A DNA stretch of 64,000 bases from an uncultured delta proteobacterium (GCA_963845145.1 CAWJQU010000008.1:352001-416000), one strand, 5' to 3'. Numbered from the stretch's first letter, positions 50,056 through 60,838 are shown. Numbers and translations: made by a program. Notes: generated from the letters alone by a model not told the origin.

Positions 50056-50805
50056 TTAATTCGTGTTTCTGTTTGATTCATTGGGGTCAACTCTTTTGAA
50101 ATCGTAATAAAAGCGATCGGCCGCTTTTTGGTCACTCCCTGACAATATATCAGTCACAACTTGTCTGTTTCTAAAAAGAAACCAGTCGCCGAAGTGATCA
50201 AACTTTCGGCACGATGTCACGATAAAGGCCCGCATGATCATACCGTACCGAAGTCCCCGTTTCAGCCCAATATCCTTCAATCGTCTCGCCAGGTCGACAT
50301 CCTCGACGCTTACCAGTTCCTCATTGAAACCACCGGATGCATCAAAAGTATCACGATACATCCAGAACATCCCCGCCCAACGACGCTGTAGGATGAGTTT
50401 TGGAACAAATGTCAAACTACTAAAAAAAATGCCCAGTGACATTCGCTCCGGCTTGATGCGAACCCCGCCGCCTATGTACCGGCCCGAATTAAGGCGGCGG
50501 GAGACCTCATGCAGCATATTGTCCGACATCCAGCTGTCTGCATCAATGGTGATGAGGATTCTTCCACTGCTCGCCTTGACGCCGGCATTTCGAATCTTTG
50601 ACAGGTTCTTTGCATCCTCGGCAATAACAACAGCACTGTACTTTCGGGCAATCGCCTCCGTATTGTCCGTACATCGATTAAGGACAACAACGATCTCGAC
50701 CTTTTCAGAAATTTGCTGCTCAGCGCTGCGGACAGATACCAGACAGCGCTCGATATAATCCTCTTCGTTGTGGGCGGGTATGACAACTGAGATGTCTGCG
50801 GTCAT
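50056..50805 (-). CDS. Glycosyltransferase family 2
   Basis: ISVVIPAHNEE, CTDNT, RNAG, IDAD, GGFNE..ED. Confidence 0.9.
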   Translation of the reverse strand: MTADISVVIPAHNEEDYIERCLVSVRSAEQQISEKVEIVVVLNRCTDNTEAIARKYSAVVIAEDAKNLSKIRNAGVKASSGRILITIDADSWMSDNMLHEVSRRLNSGRYIGGGVRIKPERMSLGIFFSSLTFVPKLILQRRWAGMFWMYRDTFDASGGFNEELVSVEDVDLARRLKDIGLKRGLRYGMIMRAFIVTSCRKFDHFGDWFLFRNRQVVTDILSGSDQKAADRFYYDFKRVDPNESNRNTN

Positions 50806-50854
50806 GAGCATATCCTCGGGGCCGGACGCAAACCCGAACAATTTTTAATCCGAG

Positions 50855-52156
50855 CTAAAAATAAGTCCGCTGATTTCTTTTGATTTCGGCCGCACGCCCA
50901 TATGTAATACCGGCCTTTTCGGCAAACTCTGGCCACTGACGCACAGTGTCAACCATATGATCGACCATCTCGTTGGCACGCGTCTTTTTTATACCTGCCA
51001 CTTGGGCCAGGCTGATCAAATCGTTGCGCTCAAATTTGTCACGCTTGCCGTTAACACTCATCTGATGCCGATTCGTCCAAGCGCCTTTAGGGTCCCACGC
51101 ATAAGAGATATCAAATGCCGGGGACAATCGCCATCTTCCTCGACGATCCATCAGAAAAGCGATATTTTTGACGTGATCGTCGTGATTGCGCCCCACCACA
51201 TTGAACATGGCACGCATCACCTGTTGATCCAGATCCTCCCGGGGCAGCCCCAATCGCTTGATCACCTGAATGGCTTGCTCGTAAGAATACCCTCCCGGCT
51301 GATTGTAATCGTAGTGGGCCATGGCACCCAGAGATTGCATGTGCCGTTTGCCGCCCGTATCTGTCCGATCGAATCGTCGTGTCATGAAGTGGCTGCGGCC
51401 ACCTTCATGGTGGAGTCGACAGGGCGTCATTTTAATTCCGGCTTGAACGGCCATTAAGTGGTAGGCATACTCTATCTTTCCATACCCTTTGGGATCGGCC
51501 AGCTCTTTGTCTCGGTTATTGGAAATACCGTCAAATTTCATCAGCCAATGCTCAAAGCCGGCGTCCACCTCAACTTGGCCGGAACGAAATTCGTTGGTTT
51601 CAGGATGCCAGGCAAGAATCGCCTTGGCCCTGGCACCCCCGGCCGAGGTGCCGACCCGAAGAATATCCTCGATCACTTCCCGGTCATCACGACCGGTAAA
51701 AACACCGCCCAGCCCGACCCGTTCGTCAAGTATCCGATTGACTAAATTAACCAACTTGGACACTTCAACCGCCCGTGTACTGGTGGGGGGACCAAGGGTG
51801 GCCGGTTCAAACTCAAGCGCCCCCATGCCCCGACGGCCGGTGTAACAAAGACGCTCCACCGGGTGGAAACTATCCGCCGTTCGACCTTGCGAGGCCAGCC
51901 AGGCATCAATGACCGCATTGCCGAATTTGTCCGGCAAAGAATCAGCTAGCAACCCGGGTAGTCCTTTGAATGTATTTCTCGCCAGCGCAGGAAACTCGAA
52001 GGGAAATTCACCCAATGGCATCATGATCGGCGCCAATTGGATACCGCTGCCTAGAAAATCGGGCGCGTATTGGAAAACGCCGACTTCCCGGACTTCCAAC
52101 CAAGACACAGCACCGATCACGCTACCCCATAGAAGGATGCGCGCATCATTATTCAT
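50855..52156 (-). CDS. hipA: HipA-family toxin kinase
   Basis: LADSLPDKFG, TSAGGARAK, KFD, RRFDR, NHDDHVKN, LSPAFD; ATG overlaps the HTH stop. Confidence 0.9.
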   Translation of the reverse strand: MNNDARILLWGSVIGAVSWLEVREVGVFQYAPDFLGSGIQLAPIMMPLGEFPFEFPALARNTFKGLPGLLADSLPDKFGNAVIDAWLASQGRTADSFHPVERLCYTGRRGMGALEFEPATLGPPTSTRAVEVSKLVNLVNRILDERVGLGGVFTGRDDREVIEDILRVGTSAGGARAKAILAWHPETNEFRSGQVEVDAGFEHWLMKFDGISNNRDKELADPKGYGKIEYAYHLMAVQAGIKMTPCRLHHEGGRSHFMTRRFDRTDTGGKRHMQSLGAMAHYDYNQPGGYSYEQAIQVIKRLGLPREDLDQQVMRAMFNVVGRNHDDHVKNIAFLMDRRGRWRLSPAFDISYAWDPKGAWTNRHQMSVNGKRDKFERNDLISLAQVAGIKKTRANEMVDHMVDTVRQWPEFAEKAGITYGRAAEIKRNQRTYF

Positions 52157-52520
52157 CGTCATCTCCGCCATCGCCCCAGGACCAGACGGCGGCAGTTTTA
52201 TTTCCGGATGAAACCGGACGTGCGCGTTTGCGCTCATTACCGCGGATGTTGACCCGTTCAACCGGCCGTACGGTCGGATCCGGCAGCAATGCTTCGAGAT
52301 TTTGCTGAATACCCAGCGCGGTGAGAACCCGAATAAAGGTATCCATGGAGATCCCCTCGCCTTTCCCAAGCCGGCCAATGGTTCTTACCGAAACACCGGC
52401 TTCGTTGGCGAGTTGTACCTGGGTCATGTTGCGAGATAGCCGTATGTTTTCCAGCCGCCGACAAAGGGCCGCTTCGATCTGGTGGCTGGTTGCCATATAA
52501 AAATCGATTCTATAAGACAT
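52149..52520 (-). CDS. XRE-family HTH antitoxin (HipB-like)
   Basis: IRLSRNMTQVQLANEAGVSVRTIGRL; upstream of and overlapping hipA. Confidence 0.88.
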   Translation of the reverse strand: MSYRIDFYMATSHQIEAALCRRLENIRLSRNMTQVQLANEAGVSVRTIGRLGKGEGISMDTFIRVLTALGIQQNLEALLPDPTVRPVERVNIRGNERKRARPVSSGNKTAAVWSWGDGGDDDE

Positions 52521-52541
52521 ATTTTACCTATTAACTCCATG

Positions 52542-52579
52542 AAACTTAATTTTTCTGCAATATATTGCTTATTAAGTTT
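52542..52579. promoter_or_regulatory. Putative operator of the hip operon
   Basis: AAACTTAAT..GCAATATATTGC..ATTAAGTTT nested inverted repeat 20-60 bp upstream of the HTH start. Confidence 0.45.
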
Positions 52580-52691
52580 TAAAGTCAACAATAAATTCTT
52601 AATCGGCAATATTTGGCGTATTATAAATTTATAATGGAATAATTCAGTAAAATATTACTGGTTATTAATTAGAATCAAATATGAAAGCGCA

Positions 52692-54236
52692 TTACCAGTC
52701 AATGGGGAAATAGTCTTTTAAAAATTTACCGCACCAGTGTTTACCGGTATTAATACCATCAAAAAATGGATCGCACACCCGCGCGGCACCATCAACGATA
52801 TCTAAAGGCGGTTGAAAATCATGCAGGTCTTGTTTGCGTTTAGATAAATGAGCCGGGTCTTCATCGGTTACCCACCCGGTATCCACCGCATTCATGAAAA
52901 TCCCGTGATTTGCCAACTCACTGGCCGAAGTATGGGTCAACATGTTGAGCGCCGCTTTAGCCATATTGGTATGGGGATGACGCTCGCCTTTTTTAAAGCG
53001 TAAAAACTTTCCCTCCATGGCAGAGACATTAACAATATGTTTTTGACCGGTATGATCTTTTTTCATTAACGGTGCCAGTCTATTGCACAACACAAACGGT
53101 GCAACAGCATTAATTAACTGTATTTCAAGCATTTCTGTGGTTTCAATTTCACCGAGTTTTAACCGCCAACTGTTGGTTTTCCTTAAATCAACCTGTTGCA
53201 GGTCGACGTCCAATTCCCCTTTTGGAAAAACATCAGATGCGGGCAACGTGTTGTCATAAGCATAGGGTATTTGAGATAGCTGGGCGGACGCCCTTAATCC
53301 TATGCCCGGTAATTTTCCATGCCATGTAACGGGGAGAGCTGACCCAGATTCCATATCGGATATGGCCAAAGCGTTTAATTTGTCGGTACATGTTTGATAG
53401 TTTATTAGCAGTTTTTGAACATTCTCGGGAAACGCATGTAAGGCTTTCGACTCACCATCCATCAAATGGGCATAGAACCCTGGCGGGCGACGGACGGTCT
53501 GGGCCGCATTATTGATCAAAAGGTCCAGGCGCTTAAAGGTTTGGGCGATATGGCTGCAAAATATCTCCACACTGGGGGTATGCCTTAAATCCAATCCATA
53601 AATATGTAATCGGTCCCCCCAATCGCTAAAGTCCTTTTCTTTAGAGTACCTTGAGGCCGAATCTTTAGGAAAACGTGTTGTTGCAATAACGGTCGCACCG
53701 GACCTTAGCATCATTAAGGTTGCCTGATACCCAATTTTCAGACGTGACCCGGTTATCAAAGCAACCTGTCCCTTCAAGTCTGCCGCCTGAAAACGCTTTT
53801 TATAGTTTAGTTTGGCACAATCGGGGCACATTGTGTCATAAAAAAAATGCAACTCGGTAAACTCAGCCTTACAAACATAACAATTTCGGGGTGATTGTAA
53901 GACCAATGGTTTCTTTTTTGGCTCAGTGATATCCGGAAGTTGCAGCGGTGCCGTAAATACAGTCGCTTCCCTGGCTTGGCGAATTCCGGTTGCCGCCCTC
54001 GCCTTTTGGCCTAACGAAAAAGCCTGATCTCTTTTCCTTTTACGAATGGCTTTATTGCGTCGTTTTATTCGATAACGATCCGGTCGGGATAGCTGCCCCG
54101 CAATTTTTGTCAGCTCTATCTGTTTCTTTTTTGGTAAGGCGACAAATTCCTCATCATTATTGACGAGATCGGTGAGTATGCGAATGCAATGATCTACTTC
54201 ATCTACGGTATCGCGTGATTTTTGATCTGTTTCCAA
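52692..54236 (-). CDS. SDR-family oxidoreductase with N-terminal Cys4 zinc-finger-like region
   Basis: [48 protein letters not shown]. Confidence 0.85.
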   Translation of the reverse strand: METDQKSRDTVDEVDHCIRILTDLVNNDEEFVALPKKKQIELTKIAGQLSRPDRYRIKRRNKAIRKRKRDQAFSLGQKARAATGIRQAREATVFTAPLQLPDITEPKKKPLVLQSPRNCYVCKAEFTELHFFYDTMCPDCAKLNYKKRFQAADLKGQVALITGSRLKIGYQATLMMLRSGATVIATTRFPKDSASRYSKEKDFSDWGDRLHIYGLDLRHTPSVEIFCSHIAQTFKRLDLLINNAAQTVRRPPGFYAHLMDGESKALHAFPENVQKLLINYQTCTDKLNALAISDMESGSALPVTWHGKLPGIGLRASAQLSQIPYAYDNTLPASDVFPKGELDVDLQQVDLRKTNSWRLKLGEIETTEMLEIQLINAVAPFVLCNRLAPLMKKDHTGQKHIVNVSAMEGKFLRFKKGERHPHTNMAKAALNMLTHTSASELANHGIFMNAVDTGWVTDEDPAHLSKRKQDLHDFQPPLDIVDGAARVCDPFFDGINTGKHWCGKFLKDYFPIDW

Positions 54237-54301
54237 GTTCGATTCCCTTAATTACCCAATTAGGTGCCAATCACGCATGATGCACGCTCCAATGGTCCGG
54301 T

Positions 54302-54838
54302 TCATTTTTGCGACCTGCCTTTTACCCCGGCTTTCATCATATTGGAAACGACAAGGTGGTGAAACGGACGAATGATATTGAAATACACCGGCCCGGTCCA
54401 ATGAAGGTATTTCACCGATGTAAACACCTGATACCGCGTACGGCGGTTTCCGATATCCTCGGCCACGACACCTAAATAGGCCGATAGGTGCTTATCTTCC
54501 GGCGTCACCGCCACCCAATAAGCATTCTCTTTAGCGGCGGTAACAATAAAAAAAGAGGCGTTCTCGCCCGGAATAAAAGCGAGCGTCTCTGGCGCTATGA
54601 CTGGTAGAATCTCCGGCTTTTCATGCTTGACCAGCCCGAGAAGATTCACAAGGAGTTCTCTAACGCTATACAGAGCGACAATCCACCAAGGGTAATAAGA
54701 GAGCATCCCCGCGATGAATTCTCGCAGGCCAACATCGCCTTCGATGGTTTTTACGTCAATATGATCGGCATCTTGAAAATAGCCGGCCAATTCACTGTGT
54801 TTTGAAACCAATTCATTGTGTTTTGAAATAGAGTTCAT
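54302..54838 (-). CDS. DUF2867-like protein
   Basis: ADHID, EDKHL and G.VYFNIIRPFHHLVV. Confidence 0.75.
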   Translation of the reverse strand: MNSISKHNELVSKHSELAGYFQDADHIDVKTIEGDVGLREFIAGMLSYYPWWIVALYSVRELLVNLLGLVKHEKPEILPVIAPETLAFIPGENASFFIVTAAKENAYWVAVTPEDKHLSAYLGVVAEDIGNRRTRYQVFTSVKYLHWTGPVYFNIIRPFHHLVVSNMMKAGVKGRSQK

Positions 54839-55020
54839 CGATTTTAAGAGAAAGTATCTTCCCCCTTTTGATGTTGAGGTTACAGTTCCAAGGACAAAAT
54901 GTGATACCTATCACCCATTTTCCTTAATTTAAACATCCGCACGCCATCTTTTTGAAAAGGCCATCGCTTTTTAAGCGGATTATCCCAATCCGGCATGGCG
55001 TGATACCTGAATTGTATTAT

Positions 55021-55085
55021 CCATTCTCATCCATTCTCGTCCATTCTCATCCATTCTCATCCATTCTCATCCATTCTCATCCATT
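55021..55085 (+). repeat. 10-bp tandem repeat (CCATTCTCAT) x6.5
   Basis: Six full units, one with an A>G change, plus CCATT. Confidence 0.95.
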
Positions 55086-55130
55086 GCAAACCCGATTCCA
55101 AGCCGAATGCAAACCCGATTCCAAGCCGAA
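55085..55130 (+). repeat. 23-bp tandem duplication
   Basis: TGCAAACCCGATTCCAAGCCGAA x2, exact. Confidence 0.95.
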
Positions 55131-55341
55131 ATTTGCATCCTGGTATTTTAATTCCTATATTGAATCACGTAATTGTGATAAGATTGGAAAAGTGTCCGAA
55201 TCGGCCTTAATAGCCGGCAAGGAAATGTTCGGTCCGCCTCTGGTGGAACCGCAAATGAACTTTGGGCTAAATAGCCCTTAGTGACATCACTGAATGTCGA
55301 ATGTTTTGATCTTCAATTTGATTTTAGAAAGGAGTATCTTC

Positions 55342-56151
55342 ATGGTAGATCCTGTAAAAATTCTGGGTTCATTGTTGGCTGGTGGTGGTTTGTCCAAAGG
55401 GTCCGGTGAGTCGCTGTTAAAGACAATACTGGGAGCCGCAACCGGTGGTTCTCAATCTCGAGGCGGTGGCGGATTGGGTGATTTATTAGGAAGCGTACTA
55501 AGCGGTGGTAAATCAAGCTCCCGTGGTCGGTCCGGTGGCGGGCTCGGCAGCATTTTAGGTAGTGTTCTCGGGGGAGGCAAGTCCAGTCAGCCTTCCGGTG
55601 GAGGATTGGGAGACCTGTTGGGCGGTCTGCTGGGTGGTGGTGGCTCCAGTAGCACGCAATCCGGTGGGGGGGGCTTTGACCTCGGCGGTTTGCTCGGTGC
55701 AGCCTTAAATCAATTTGCACACAAAGAAAAGGCGGCTCAAACCAGCACGCAGCCGAGAAGCTTTGAGGAGCATTCACCGGGCATGAATTACAACGAAGCC
55801 AGTGATCAGGCAACCCTGATGATTCGAGCCATGGTGAATGCCGCCAAGGCTGATGGTCGGGTTGATGAAAAGGAACAAGAAAAAATTCTGGGGAAATTGG
55901 GAGATGTAACCCAGGATGAAATCGATTTTGTACGCAACGAACTGGCCCAGCCCCTCGACGTGAATGGTTTCGTACGTAGTATCCCACGCGGTATGGGCAA
56001 TCAGATATATGTCATGTCTTTGATGGCGATTGATCTGGACACCAACCCGGAGGCCAAATACTTGCACGAATTGGCTCAGGGCCTGGGTATTTCGCAGCAA
56101 GATGCGAATCAAATCCACTCGCAACTGGGCGCGCCGGCGCTTTATTCCTGA
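55342..56151 (+). CDS. DUF533/YebE (TerB-like) protein with Gly-rich repeats
   Basis: IRAMVNAAKADG.VD..E and IY.MSL.AID.D..E..YL..LA..LG; repeated GGGLG.LLG; AGGAG RBS. Confidence 0.85.
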   Translation: MVDPVKILGSLLAGGGLSKGSGESLLKTILGAATGGSQSRGGGGLGDLLGSVLSGGKSSSRGRSGGGLGSILGSVLGGGKSSQPSGGGLGDLLGGLLGGGGSSSTQSGGGGFDLGGLLGAALNQFAHKEKAAQTSTQPRSFEEHSPGMNYNEASDQATLMIRAMVNAAKADGRVDEKEQEKILGKLGDVTQDEIDFVRNELAQPLDVNGFVRSIPRGMGNQIYVMSLMAIDLDTNPEAKYLHELAQGLGISQQDANQIHSQLGAPALYS

Positions 56152-56366
56152 TCCATGGAACAAAAGTCAGGAGACCGCGAATATCATTGAAATGTTATTG
56201 GCGGGTTTACTTTCATTCAACTCGTATCCGGGGGCGCAACCCAAAGCGTTGCCACCCCCGGATGTGGCTTAAGATTCTTATCATCGCGTGGTGCGGTTCA
56301 GCACCCTTTTTTCACTTTTCTCTACAGGCATATCTTTTTGGGTAATGCGGATTCCACCCGCAAAAA

Positions 56367-57632
56367 TCAGATCACATCTTTCCCCAAAGCCATCTCACTA
56401 AACGCGCCAATCTCAGTCTGCAATTCATCGAACGCAGTCAACCCTTTTTTTAAGTGATCCGGGATCTCCTCATTAGCCGCACCCACGATCATACCCAAAA
56501 CCATACCGCGATGAACGTTATCGCCACCGGCATTGGCATTGGCAAGAAGCGCAGACTCTACTTCGATATTATGGGCTTTTGCAAAATACAAAAGCAGGGG
56601 CAATCCATGCTCCGGATAGCACGCCGTTGCAAATACCCGATTGATCACCCCCTGGTCCGAATCTTGCCGAATGAGTGGGTCCAGTTCGTATGGATCGTCG
56701 GCAAGAAGCGTGTGGAACTGCCACATTTTCCGTTTGGGAATATTCCCAGGGCCCTGGTGATCCCGGTAGGCCTCAAATAGTTGTTCACCGGTTATTTCAG
56801 GCGGGTGAATACGTTGGGCATAGTCGGATATCGCTTGATACGGCTCAATGCCGCTCAATAAGTCATGCAGAAGGGGCACCAGCACACCCAGACTACTGGT
56901 CACATTCTCCGACCGGTGGGTAAGATTTTGGTGTTCGACAGCCAACCCCAGCCCCTGATAGGCACTGCCGGCAATCATAGATATGACCAGGGGCCGAATG
57001 ATGCCGCCGTGGGAGCCGATGGACCACACATTGCGCTGCAATTCGGCGCAAGTGTGGCGGGGAAAACCGCGGGAGTAGTTTTCAAACCACCGTCGAATAT
57101 AGATTTCACAATACGGGTCGCGGTTTTTACCAGGGGTGGTCATATGCGCAATGAAATCTTCTAAGAAAATGTCTGGATCGTAGCGACCGCCACGAATCAC
57201 CGAACGCATCAACACGCGTACAAGTTGAGCGCCCAGGGTGTTTTCACCGGCTTTGAGGCCGTGGTGATAGTGATAGCGGTCCGAGAGTTTGGGAACAGCG
57301 TTTCCATGGGCCTTTTCACGTTCGGTGCTACTTATTTCAAGCCTGCTGTAGCTGGTATGGTAGAATCGGGCATGATCATGCAGAATATCGAAGTCTCTCC
57401 CCTGTTTCCGGGCGATTTCAACATCCGGATGATAGGCCATGCCCACCATGAAGCTTTCGAGATGGGGGTGGGGGGCTGCCTGGTAGCTGCGAAGGCCGCC
57501 GTCGAAGACGTTTCGGATATTGTCCACGTTGTAATACCAATGGGCAGGCATGGCCAAAGCGTCCCCGATGAAAAGGCCCCATAGTGCATTTTGAAGGCGC
57601 TTCGGATCGATTTTTACCTGTCGATTTGACAT
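56367..57632 (-). CDS. ADP-ribosylglycohydrolase family protein
   Basis: ALWGLFIGDALAMP and NANAGGDNVHRG..LG..VGA. Confidence 0.85.
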   Translation of the reverse strand: MSNRQVKIDPKRLQNALWGLFIGDALAMPAHWYYNVDNIRNVFDGGLRSYQAAPHPHLESFMVGMAYHPDVEIARKQGRDFDILHDHARFYHTSYSRLEISSTEREKAHGNAVPKLSDRYHYHHGLKAGENTLGAQLVRVLMRSVIRGGRYDPDIFLEDFIAHMTTPGKNRDPYCEIYIRRWFENYSRGFPRHTCAELQRNVWSIGSHGGIIRPLVISMIAGSAYQGLGLAVEHQNLTHRSENVTSSLGVLVPLLHDLLSGIEPYQAISDYAQRIHPPEITGEQLFEAYRDHQGPGNIPKRKMWQFHTLLADDPYELDPLIRQDSDQGVINRVFATACYPEHGLPLLLYFAKAHNIEVESALLANANAGGDNVHRGMVLGMIVGAANEEIPDHLKKGLTAFDELQTEIGAFSEMALGKDVI

Positions 57633-57786
57633 TATCTTTTACCTTTCAAGGGGTTAACCCTAGCGTTGCATAAAAATAGGGTTTTAACCTGCGCAGATCA
57701 GCGGAATTATGAGCACCATATGCCTGTCGCGATATACTAGGGCAGATGTCCTAAACGTAAGCGCATCTGTCCGTCATGAATGGTGA

Positions 57787-58719
57787 CTATTGAGCGGCAA
57801 CCATCCGGATTTGGAAGCTCAGTAAATCAAAAACCTTATGCATCCCCAGATGCTCAAAAAAACGGGTAGAGCCGTAAATGATTTTCCATCGGGTCCGATC
57901 AATATCGAAATGAGTCTCAAGGGCAATTGCACCCCCATCGATAAGAGATACGGTGGCATCAAATTCGATCTCGGCGGATACACCCCTCAGGTTTAAATCG
58001 CCTTTGACGTGAAAATTGGGGGTGGTTACCCACCCCGGTTCTATCCATTTGGCCTCTTTAAACGTAAATACCGCTTTGGGAAACAATTTGGTAAAGAAAA
58101 AATCATCCGATAGAAGATGCGCCTCCAACACCGGGTGCAACTCGTCGCCTTCTAAATTGATATTGTGTATCGTGCTCATATCGATTTCAACGGAACCGGT
58201 GATCGCATTATTCTCAATATCGATCCCCCCCATGGCAATATCCACAGTACCGAAATGGCGGATATTGGGATTCCGTCCGGCCCATTCCACTTCACTGGCA
58301 GCAGGATCGACCGTGAAGTGCCCATCCGGCAATGTCACCGTTGTCTGGGGGTCATCCTGGCTGTCAGGGGCCTCACCCTCAAGGGGAAATCCAGCCCCAT
58401 GCCACGCTTCCACTCCCCCTTCAAGAAATGATGTATTCTCGTATCCTGCCCGCGCCATCTTCTCAACGGCCATGGCAGCGTCATGGCTGCGCCCACTGGC
58501 ACCGTATACAATAACCGGCTGTTGTTTGTCCGGTGCAATCGTTGCCAGTTCTTCCAAAAAGGATACATGAAAAACGCATGCGTTATGGGCGCCGGGTATA
58601 TGGCGAGCAGCAAAATGTTCCGTGGATAAAAGATCAACAACAACCGCTTTGGGCTTTTCGGATAACATACCCTTCAGATTTTGAACGGTTAATGAATTTT
58701 GTTTAAATGTTGTATCCAA
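57787..58719 (-). CDS. Rhodanese (Cys-less loop) plus YceI fusion
   Basis: HIPGA..LEGG..AW; YceI S.V.W.G..H.G, L..HL.S.DFF....FP, IDRTRW. Confidence 0.85.
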   Translation of the reverse strand: MDTTFKQNSLTVQNLKGMLSEKPKAVVVDLLSTEHFAARHIPGAHNACVFHVSFLEELATIAPDKQQPVIVYGASGRSHDAAMAVEKMARAGYENTSFLEGGVEAWHGAGFPLEGEAPDSQDDPQTTVTLPDGHFTVDPAASEVEWAGRNPNIRHFGTVDIAMGGIDIENNAITGSVEIDMSTIHNINLEGDELHPVLEAHLLSDDFFFTKLFPKAVFTFKEAKWIEPGWVTTPNFHVKGDLNLRGVSAEIEFDATVSLIDGGAIALETHFDIDRTRWKIIYGSTRFFEHLGMHKVFDLLSFQIRMVAAQ

Positions 58720-58814
58720 AACAACTCCTTTCTTTTATCGATGGGCATCTTAATTATTCTCACAACCTATTCTCACACCTGGCGATGCCCCAAATCAGAC
58801 AAGAAAGCGCGCGC

Positions 58815-59312
58815 TCATTTTGTCAATAGGCTTTTATAATATTTCACAGCACTGAGCGCATCTTTGGCGACAAACCGACCTATTGCCCCGGTACTATAAA
58901 CTGCCATTTCGACCGAATTATTCGGTCTTACAATGAAGCCGGAAGCGTGCAGGTAGTTTTTCTCTTTTTCGTAAAAACTCCCTATTAATCGGGATACCTC
59001 TTCGGGGTCCAGGCCATAAGCCATGGGGTAGGTGATGCCGAGCTTATCTGAAAGTGCCAACGTCTTCTCCGCCGAATCCACGGATCCGGCAACCACTTTA
59101 ATCTCCTCGGCCTGGAATTCGGAATATGCTTCCTGGAAGTCAACCAACTGCTGACGACAATAGGGTCACCAATCGCCCCGATAAATAAGTAAGATGCCGT
59201 ATCGATCACCAAACCCCTCGGGTAGATTCAAAACGTCGCCGGATAAAAGTTTGAGTGCCAAATCAGGGAAAGGGCTATCAATATCCAAGAAGTGTGTATT
59301 TGCTTTTGTCAT
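58815..59312 (-). CDS. AhpC/TSA peroxiredoxin-like selenoprotein (UxxC; UGA at 59166-59168, codon 49), 165 aa
   Basis: MTKANTHFLDIDSPFPDL..LLIYRGDW-UGA-PYCRQQL continues in frame into the 58815-59147 ORF; GAGG RBS. Confidence 0.9.
59139..59155 (-). promoter_or_regulatory. SECIS-like hairpin
   Basis: GUCAGC-AGUUG-GUUGAC starting 10 nt after the UGA. Confidence 0.55.
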
Positions 59313-59407
59313 GACATGGTCCTCGCTTTGAGGTTTGTCATATATGTAAACACACGTTCGGTAATGTCAAAATTGTATTAGGGTTTTCACAATTATAGGG
59401 CAAGCCG

Positions 59408-59605
59408 CTATGAATTTTTTTCCTGAAAGATTTTTACCGATTTCCAAGTCTTTTGATACGCTTTTCTAATAATACCTGCACCGATACACCATTGGGAAAA
59501 CGGTCGTTAAGCCGCTTCATTTATCGCGTCCATAAACCACTCATGACGGTTTAAAATTTCAATCAGTTCTTTTTCCTGATTTCCTCTATTTCCTGATTGT
59601 ATCGT
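59408..59605 (-). pseudogene. Remnant resembling a DUF925 nucleotidyltransferase N-terminus
   Basis: AGGAG then ACG; EKELIEILNRHEWFMDAINEAA*RPFSQWCIGAGIIR with an in-frame TAA at 59507-59509; family resemblance is from memory. Confidence 0.4.
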
Positions 59606-59665
59606 GGCTGTCTCCTTGGGAAATGTTAGTCTAAGCGTTTTACGCATATCTGGAAGTTTTTGATT

Positions 59666-60838
59666 CTACAGGATATTAATCGTTTTGATGTAAAATCGAC
59701 AGGCATCAAGAATTTGCGCCACATCACAACTTTCATTTCGCATGTGAGCCAGTTTACTATCTCCAGGGCCAAAACCGATAGTGGGGATTCCCATGCTGAC
59801 AGGGGTTACGGCATTGGTGCTAAAATCCCAGAATTCATAATCGGGCGGCTCATTTCCAAAAGTTTCCGTATAAGCGGCGATGCAGGCTTTTGTGAGGTCA
59901 TGGCTCAAGTCTATTTGCCATGCAGGGTGAAAGGGTTCATATTTTATTTTCATTCCCGTCCAACTTTCTCTGTGAAGCGTTCCCACTTCCCATGTGGCTT
60001 TTTTTCCCTCTATAAGTTGTTCAATTTCTAGTTTAATTAAATCTTCCGTTTCCCCAGGAACCATTCTCCGATCCAAATACACGTCACATTCAGACGGAAC
60101 GGCATTTAAAGAGGCGCTAGTGCTGGAAATTCGAGACATCACTAATGTTCCCTTTGGCCCCTTTTTTTCCATCAGTTCAAGGTTTTTCTGTTCTACCCGC
60201 TGAATTATTTCGGCCATTTCATAAATGGCATTAATCCCTTTTTCCGGTGCCGCGCCATGAGCGGAGACACCGTGGGTTTTAATAGCGATCTGAGCCTTTC
60301 CCTTATGACCCAATGCAATTTTGTTGTTCGATGGCTCACAAATTATCACATAGTTCGGCCTTAGGTGCAGTTCTTTAAACAAGTGCTTCAAATTCTCTCC
60401 ATCGCAATCTTCCTCAAAAACACTACAAGAGACATAAAGGGTCTTACCGGAAACCGATCCCAACGCTTTTGCCCTTACACCTGCGTAAATAGATGCAGCG
60501 GCACCCGATTTCATATCGACGGAACCCCGACCATGCAATCGCCCATTTACAATATCTCCACGGAATGGGGGAATAGCCCAGTTTTCCGCATCTTTTACCC
60601 CAACGGTATCGACATGCGCGTCAAACATGATCTTTTTATCGCCGTTGCCAATCCTGCCAACGACGTTTCCCATGGAATCAATGGTTACGTCGTCATAGCC
60701 AAGGGCGATCATTTTTTTCTCTATGAATTTAATGGCCGCTTCTTCCTGACCTGAAAAGCTTTTTATCCTGATCAGGTCTCGCGTAAATTCAATGAGTTCT
60801 TTTTCTAGTTCCGGTGTAAGTAAATCTGATGTTTTCAT
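59666..60838 (-). CDS. M20-family hydrolase, YgeY-like (selenium metabolism-linked)
   Basis: FDAHVDTV, GRGSVDMK, EEDCDG, GVSAHG.AP..G.NA, WDFSTN, GFGPG..AH..NE. Confidence 0.8.
   Translation of the reverse strand: MKTSDLLTPELEKELIEFTRDLIRIKSFSGQEEAAIKFIEKKMIALGYDDVTIDSMGNVVGRIGNGDKKIMFDAHVDTVGVKDAENWAIPPFRGDIVNGRLHGRGSVDMKSGAAASIYAGVRAKALGSVSGKTLYVSCSVFEEDCDGENLKHLFKELHLRPNYVIICEPSNNKIALGHKGKAQIAIKTHGVSAHGAAPEKGINAIYEMAEIIQRVEQKNLELMEKKGPKGTLVMSRISSTSASLNAVPSECDVYLDRRMVPGETEDLIKLEIEQLIEGKKATWEVGTLHRESWTGMKIKYEPFHPAWQIDLSHDLTKACIAAYTETFGNEPPDYEFWDFSTNAVTPVSMGIPTIGFGPGDSKLAHMRNESCDVAQILDACRFYIKTINIL

Noticed and set aside
52157..52378. N-terminal extension of HipA in the ORF track
   Set aside because: It overlaps the HTH gene; the coupled ATG at 52156 is the plausible start.
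55021..55130. CRISPR array or the 54952-55281 ORF
   Set aside because: Units abut with no spacers and there are no cas genes; the ORF is just translated repeat.
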